A DNA stretch of 64,000 nucleotides from assembly GCA_964016885.1 (NCBI GenBank), contig OZ024745.1, positions 112,530,001 through 112,594,000 on the forward strand, in the 5' to 3' direction. Positions 56,483 through 64,000 of this stretch are shown here, one piece after another. The first letter of the stretch is position 1, and every line of letters begins with the position of its first letter. This DNA is from Eledone cirrhosa. Its lineage: Eukaryota. The position numbers were made by a program, and so were the translations under genes. The notes beneath the pieces are model-generated. The model searched no databases, was not told the origin of the DNA, and saw only the letters and a list, made by a program, of their open reading frames with translations.

Positions 56483-57226
56483 ACTCATAGCTAGATGTTT
56501 AATGCAGCAAAAGTTTTTTCATCTCGCTATCAGAATCTGGAAGTAATCCACTAAACAGACACTAATACACCAAAGACGTCCAGTATTAATGTTCATCGAT
56601 ATTTAGTCCCCAAGAAGAGTAAGTTCCAGTACATATCTCGGATATTAAATAAAGCTAAAGTGTCTTTCTGGTCTATTTTGTTTTTACGTGACATAGTTAG
56701 TAATAAGAGCCTCCTTGCTTAGGGCAAGCGGGTCATCTTTGACAAGTTGAAATATTTTTATTTGAAACACACAAAAATATTTATGATTGCTTAAGTGCGG
56801 GTCAAGAATATTCCCCCAAATCCTAACCTTCATGAAATTGCACTTAATCCGCTTCAAGGATAAAATGCGGACGAAACTGTAGTTAAGCATACATTTTGAG
56901 ATTTACACTTTCTAAACCTCAACTATTAAAGATGTTTACATTTTACTGGTGTTGGAGTGTTTGAGGAAAACCGATTATACACTGTTAATGTGACATTGAT
57001 TAATTCTTAGTTAAGAGATTCTTCAACATCAGATCGATCAACTTCATGTGGCTATAGAAAAAAATTCTGACCTATGCTGACATTAGACATAGATTGCCAT
57101 GGTTTTAATTGTAGCAGTCAATGCACAGTTTACTGCGTTATTGAAGACTAAGGCTTTCTACAAAACAGTTGTTACTCCAGTGCAGATCGACTTTATATGT
57201 ACACAAACACACAAAAACACACACAC

Positions 57227-57298
<72 letters not shown>

Positions 57299-57448
57299 TG
57301 AATAATGCTCAACATACATATGACTCTGTAGCTTGTTTAGAACGCACAACGAAATCGTATATGATGAACGCTCACTGCAAAAATAACTTCCATCACCTGA
57401 TCCCCTTGGAATTATTATTTCTTCAAGACTGCATGGAGTTCTAACAAC

Positions 57449-57486
<38 letters not shown>

Positions 57487-57778
57487 TATAGAGTAAAGCA
57501 TGTCCAGAGAATTATTTTTTTCTTCATTGAGCCACATCGTGAATAGTTGCCAAAACACATATATACCTGTGACTTTGTTTAATTGGTGTATGTGAAATAT
57601 TTATATATATATATATATATATAGATATATAAATCAGGAAAGAAGATTGACATGGTTTGCAATACAAAGCCTAACGTTGATATCATCCACTACCCGGAAT
57701 ACCATAACTGGACTACACCTAAGGGGACTGGATATAACTATTATTTGTTACCCCGTATATATATATATATATATATAT

Positions 57779-57971
57779 ATATCACAGAAAAAAAGAGAAT
57801 CAGTGTTGCGACGAATGGAATTTATTGGACATATTACAATCGTTTCTCTGGCGACCAGCTCGAGGTACGATCAGACCTGATTCTCTTTTTTTCTGTGATA
57901 TCATACTCTGGTCTATGAGAGCATCGAGTGCTCAACCGGCCTCCCGCATTCAGACCCTTTAATTATCCAAC

Positions 57972-58009
<38 letters not shown>

Positions 58010-58213
58010 TATATATACATATATATATAATTGTTGGATACTTAAAGGGTCTGAATGCGGGAGGCCGTTTGATCACTCGATGCCCTCATAGACCAGAGTA
58101 TGATATCACAGAAAAAAAGAGAATCAGGTTCGATCATCACAACGATCGTACCTCGAGCTGGTCGCCAGAGAAACGATTGTAATATGTCCAATAAATCTTT
58201 TTTTTCTGTGATA
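57779..58213. repeat. Nested inverted repeats around (TA)n
   Basis: 57820-57976 vs 58028-58196; TATCACAGAAAAAAAGA occurs four times in alternating orientation. Confidence 0.92.
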
Positions 58214-58543
58214 TATATATATAACTAATATATATTAACTAATATATGGAACATTATATTATGTAACATTATTTTAATTTATATTCCTTTGAGTTCCGAT
58301 GAGCCACTCTGTTTTTTTAAATATGTTAATTATTTTCAACTGAACCAGATCAATTATGATACATAGTCATCTGATCCAGAAATATTATACGGAGTAGCTA
58401 AACAATAGTAAACGGGAATTATTATTATTATTAATATTATTATTATTATTATTCTCTACATTCTTTGCATCAAACTAAATATGTTGACAATCTTTTAATA
58501 ATGTCTTCCTTGTGAAATTTGTGGTCTTGTTTTGCTTAACTAA

Positions 58544-58623
<80 letters not shown>

Positions 58624-58750
58624 CGAAGTGTATGTGGCTTGTGGTTGATAAATGTGAGGGTAATTTTCTAGCGGTAGTGTATATGTGTATGCATCGTAGT
58701 GTAGGTGGTACAAATGCATGTGGTGAGGAACGTTTGCGTGTGTCTTGTAT

Positions 58751-58969
58751 CAGGGGCGGTGGAAGCATCTCTGAATTTGAAGCATCAACTAAATTTGATC
58801 AATTTATTTGGTGTGATTAGTTTAGCTCTTTGCACTCTAAAATGGCCAGAAAACTTAGACATGCGAAGATGTACATACATTTTAGCGCATATCTAAATAG
58901 ATGTGTGTTTTGGTAATTTTGGAGAAAAATACAATTATTGGAGAGGACAATCTCCCCAGTTCCACCACC

Positions 58970-58972
<3 letters not shown>
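58751..58972. mobile_element. Possible MITE
   Basis: CAGGGGCGGTGGAA / TTCCACCACCC ends; a similar right end occurs at 62600-62614. Confidence 0.45.
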
Positions 58973-59026
<54 letters not shown>

Positions 59027-59058
59027 GTAAAACAAAAATGATCTGTACACTTTCCTAA

Positions 59059-59300
59059 ACTTACGATCATAATGTCGTGGGTTCGATTCCTAGGTTGCGT
59101 GTTGTGTTCTTGAGCAAAACACTTCATTTCACGTTGCTCCAGTATACTCAGCTGAAAATAAGTACCAGCAATAGCTGGAGGTTTAATCTTGCGATGGACT
59201 GGCGTCCTGTCCAGGGGGGAGTCTTGTACTCTCTGTCGTTTCACGCCATGAAACCGGGATAAGCACCGGCCAAATGAGCCTTCTGGCTTAAGACAGACTT
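59059..59300 (+). mobile_element. SINE family B (5' truncated)
   Basis: Homologous to 15467-15700. Confidence 0.88.
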
Positions 59301-60323
59301 TAGACTTTTTAGACACTTTCCTGATAACTCGAGCTTCATCGCATTTGGTAATAAACTGGTATTATACCAAATTTCTTCATCTCCTATATATATATATATA
59401 TATATATTGTTCATGAAAAAGAGTCAGTTGATTTATAATCATAGATATTTTAGTTAGACTTAAAAGAAATTGAATAAGTAAAACTTCTTTATTTAATTTA
59501 CATAGAACGAATATAGACGAATAGACAAACTAAGTACACTAATATATTTTTCATTATAACTTTTTCATCTACCTTATCTTTAGTTAGTATATAATTAAAT
59601 TAAATTTAATATATATTGATAAACTAGGCTATAATACATACATCTTTTCTCTTAATAATAGTTACACAAATAGTTAATATTTTCCTCTATGCGTATAATA
59701 CCTACTTAAATATAATTGTTGAAAGGATAAATTAGGCCACATTAATTGCATCTCTTCTTTTGAACTAATTAATTTATCTCCTAACATTATAACCATATCA
59801 GTTATATAAAGAAAGCCATACCAATTGTTAAATATCTTTCCACTCACATAATACCAATATAAATTATACATAAACACGGATAATTTACCTTTGAATTTTA
59901 TAATCCTAATTTTCTTCTTTATTATTTAGTTTCAATAATATTTTTCTTTGGTATAAAATATATATATATATCTTTTAGTATAATATCTATTTTAAGTTAA
60001 TATAAGTAACATATAAACTGTCTAAGGTTAAATATTTATTTATATTTTGACCAATCTAATTGCGTCATATTTTAAATTTCAACTGTTTTTCTCCCTCTCT
60101 CTTGTGTTGAGTTTTTTTTTTGTAAGCATATGCTTGGTTGTCACCGATCTGTCCAACTCGTTTGACCGTCAGTGTATCAAAATAAACCTGCATCTCCTAT
60201 GCATTTTATGTGACTAGGACATGTTTTGGATTATGTCATACTTAAGCTTTTCTTCTTCGAAATATATATATAATAAAATAAATAGAGATGATCTAAAGTG
60301 ACCATCTTTTATTTATTATTACC

Positions 60324-60390
<67 letters not shown>

Positions 60391-60397
<7 letters not shown>

Positions 60398-60662
60398 TAA
60401 AAGGAAAAGAAAATGCTGACAAATTTTTCCCAGTGAAAAATAGTTTAATTAGGAATAAGTATAAATTAGTAATAAGTATTGGTTAGTATTCAGTTTTAGT
60501 TTTAAGTTTAACCGGTAAAAAAACTTAAAACTAAAACTGAATACTAACCAATACTTATTGCTAATTTATACTTATTCCTAATTAAACTATTTTTCACTGG
60601 GAAAAATTTGTCAGCATTTTCTTTTCCTTTTACTAATATATCACAAACTCGTGTGTTACACC

Positions 60663-60760
<98 letters not shown>

Positions 60761-60811
60761 AATAGAGGTGTAACACACGAGTTGTGATATATTAGTAAAA
60801 GGAAAAGAAAA
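60391..60811. repeat. Palindrome family F2, copy 2, plus a third inverted arm across (TA)n
   Basis: 60391-60509 vs 60521-60640; 60617-60669 is inverted at 60757-60811. Homologous to 18751-19110. Confidence 0.93.
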
Positions 60812-61369
60812 AGCTATATATATATATACATTAGAAAAGAAAATGCTATATATATATATATATATACATTAAAGGAAAAGAAAATGCTATATATATATAT
60901 ATATGCTATATATATATATACATTAAAGGAAAAGAAAATGCTATATATATATATACATTAATTTATTATGGCTATTGGTGAGCTGTGTCACTCTAAAATT
61001 TCACCTCCGCAATCATAGGTTCACCAGACATGTCTATTGATGCTGTAAATACACAGCAGAGTAACTCCAGAGTAACTTAGGATAATAAATGAATATTTAA
61101 ACTCTACTTCGGTATTGAGTTTTAATTCTTACGTCCGTCAATAATTCACGTACTCCCATGTCTAATTATTTTATTTTACATTAAAAAACATTATATACGA
61201 CAAAAAAAGAACATTACAAGAAATCTCATATTTACAAATGTAAACTATACAACCACCGATCCTCCCCCCCCCATTCCCACATCTATTATTTGGGACCCTC
61301 TCTATGTCCACTACACGGCACTCTCCCATTATTCTTTCTCTATATCTACAACTACCAAATTCTCCCCCG

Positions 61370-62047
61370 GGTAGGGACCCCTCGAAGAAGATCTGTCCAA
61401 GATGCGTGCGTGACGAGGAAACCGTCGCACACACATTCGTACAATGCCCGGGCGTTGCTGACCTGTGGGGCTATGTAGAACGACTACTGTCGCGGGTGGG
61501 ACCAATCCAGTTGACCACCGAGAACATTGTCACGATCAAACCGCCTCCCCCTTTCAAAAACGAAGGAGAGGCGGTTTTCCTCTGTGTGATAGCCATGGCG
61601 AAAGAAGTTGTATGGTGGACAAGGTTGAAAGGGCTGAGGTCAGACACCTTTCTCTCCGGCCAACAACTGGTCTTTTTTTTCAAGTACCATTTTAGAAGAA
61701 GGATCAGAATGGAGAGAGAGGTGCTCTACCCCAGCAAGTTTTATGAAAGATGGGTGAAAGTAGCGAGAATGGCCCGAGTGAATGGGCCTTCTCTCTATAT
61801 CAGCCTGTAGGTGAGAGAGGAGAAGAATGAGGAGAGGAAGGAAGCACCCGCTCTTTGTGCTCCTGAAGAGGAGGGTTGCACATTTTTTCGGGGGTGTGTG
61901 CGACCCATGTCAACGCCCCTCCCTATTGAGGACATCGATTGTTAAATTTAATTTGTTATATGTTTTTTACACGTCTTTTTAAATGTATGTAAACTCCCCC
62001 CTTTGTATTTGTCCCAATCTTTGATGCCCTGGTGGCAAATAAATAGA
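61370..62047 (+). mobile_element. 5'-truncated Tx1/L1-clade LINE (ORF2 C-terminal zinc knuckle plus 3' UTR)
   Basis: CPRCVRDEETVAHTFVQCPGVADLW (CCHC zf-RVT type), stop at 61810, AATAAA at 62038. Inserted in a C/T-rich minisatellite (61296-61368 / 62050-62480). Confidence 0.85.
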
Positions 62048-62642
62048 AATATATATCAATTACCAAACATTCCCTCTCACTCTATCCATCACTACCAAAC
62101 TCTCCCCCTCTCTATATTTATCAGTACACATCTCTATCAATCCTCTCCCTCTATTCATTAACACCAAACTCTCCCCTCTATATCTACTACACGGAACTCT
62201 TTCCAATCCCCCTCTATATATCATTTAACACTAAACTCTCCCTCTCTATATATCTACTACACGGAACTCTCTTCCAATCCGCCTCTCTGTATCAATTAAC
62301 ACAAAACTCTCCCCCTCTCTATATCTACTACATGGACCTTTTTTTCCAATCCTCATCTCTATATCAATAAACATCAATCTCTCCCTCTCTTTATATTTAA
62401 TATACATCACACTCTCCCAACCTTCCTCTCTATATCAATTACCACTCTCTCTATATCTATATCTGTCTCTCACATCTATCTCTACATAAAATGTACATGA
62501 ATTATAGCACATATACATATAGATGGGTTTTGGTATTTGGGGGAGAAAAATATACTTATTTGGGGGAAGGGGGGAGAAAGGCCACCCTGGCGCCCCCCAG
62601 TTCCACCGCCTCTGTGTATGTGTGCAAGTAGCGAATGGCTGG

Positions 62643-62713
<71 letters not shown>

Positions 62714-63262
62714 TAGTTGTGGGTGTGCGTGCGTGCGTACGTTTTAGTGTGTGTCTGAATGTTCGTATATGTGTATGCGCGAGTGTCTATGCGTATGTGT
62801 GTGTTCAATAACACTGAACACACAGAAGCAATGTTTAAATCAATTACACAAACACAAACAAAGATGTTTGAATCAGGTTGTCACAGGAGAGTTAGAAATA
62901 ATTAAAATTGGAAATAGGCAATGTGATAAAGGGTAAAATAATCCGCTGGCTTTGGTAGACAACAACAGGCTTATTTTGGACTTATTAGCCCTCCTCAGCG
63001 AATCATAACAATTTATGTATTTGTTGGATCAATAAGTAGTATGGCATATATGCATCTCCAGAGTTTGGACATAGCCTGTTATGAGAATATAAAGCCAGGG
63101 GGAAATAACCCTGTGATATCATCAACATGGAAATTATATAGTAAAGAAGGTATTAGCACGATTTAATCTAAAAGCATGTTGAATTTAATTAATTAAAATT
63201 GTACCTGTATAGAAGAGAGGTAAACAATGCTGAAGAATACCTTACTCAAATAAACAAAACCA

Positions 63263-63390
<128 letters not shown>

Positions 63391-63452
63391 AGCGTGTGCG
63401 TGTATTTCTGTGAGTGTGTGTTTGTGAGACCGTGAGTGTGTATCATGTCTTT

Positions 63453-63630
63453 AATAATTGTTTCTACTTTTGGCACAAGGCCAGCAATTACCCAGTACAA
63501 TTACTGGTACTTTTATTTTATCGATGAAAGGCAAAGTTAACCTCGGCGGGATTTGAACTCAGACCATAAAGGGACGTAACTCTATGCTGGAAAGCATGGC
63601 GTCCTCCCCCTTCCGGTACTGCCAATCCTT
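63453..63630 (-). mobile_element. SINE family A
   Basis: Match to family A, flanked by the direct repeat TATCATGTCTTTAATAAT (63441 and 63635). Confidence 0.9.
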
Positions 63631-63690
63631 CACCTATCATGTCTTTAATAATACGCCTAAAAAACCTGTTCTTCACACCTCCCCACACAC

Positions 63691-63723
<33 letters not shown>

Positions 63724-63733
63724 TATATATATG

Positions 63734-63779
<46 letters not shown>

Positions 63780-63821
63780 ATATATATATGTATTATATAT
63801 ATATATATATTTATATATATG

Positions 63822-63852
<31 letters not shown>

Positions 63853-63876
63853 GTATATATATATAATATATATATG

Positions 63877-63908
<32 letters not shown>

Positions 63909-64000
63909 CCATATATATTATACATATATATATATATTTATACACGTATACATATGTATACATACATATATATATATATATACACATACATATACATATA

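Noticed and set aside
59674-59877. Tx1-like ORF2 fragment
   Set aside because: Only vague similarity in very AT-rich sequence.

Overview
This is a gene-poor, AT-rich, microsatellite-saturated eukaryotic window. The SINE families look like those I recall from Octopus/cephalopod genomes (recognition from memory, not a search). I found no convincing host protein-coding gene. The long ORFs come from low-complexity repeats, including three Thr-rich, mucin-like minus-strand tracts, the largest a ~4.9 kb frame-preserving minisatellite. The rest is a transposon graveyard: about 20 copies of one tRNA-like SINE superfamily, Helitron-like elements, RTE, Tx1 and R4-type LINE fragments, mariner and hAT relics, MITEs and a Penelope-like RT fragment. 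The most notable signal is absent from the ORF track: six type I hammerhead ribozyme folds, all on the minus strand and mostly inside short inserts in (TA)n tracts. Four share a palindromic AU-rich stem III and a C-C mismatch in stem II, with compensatory changes. Two sit in a direct repeat with cleavage sites 519 nt apart (retrozyme or Penelope pLTR-like). Many fold-back palindromes also abut (TA)n tracts. All structures were folded by eye and coordinates of degenerate elements are approximate.
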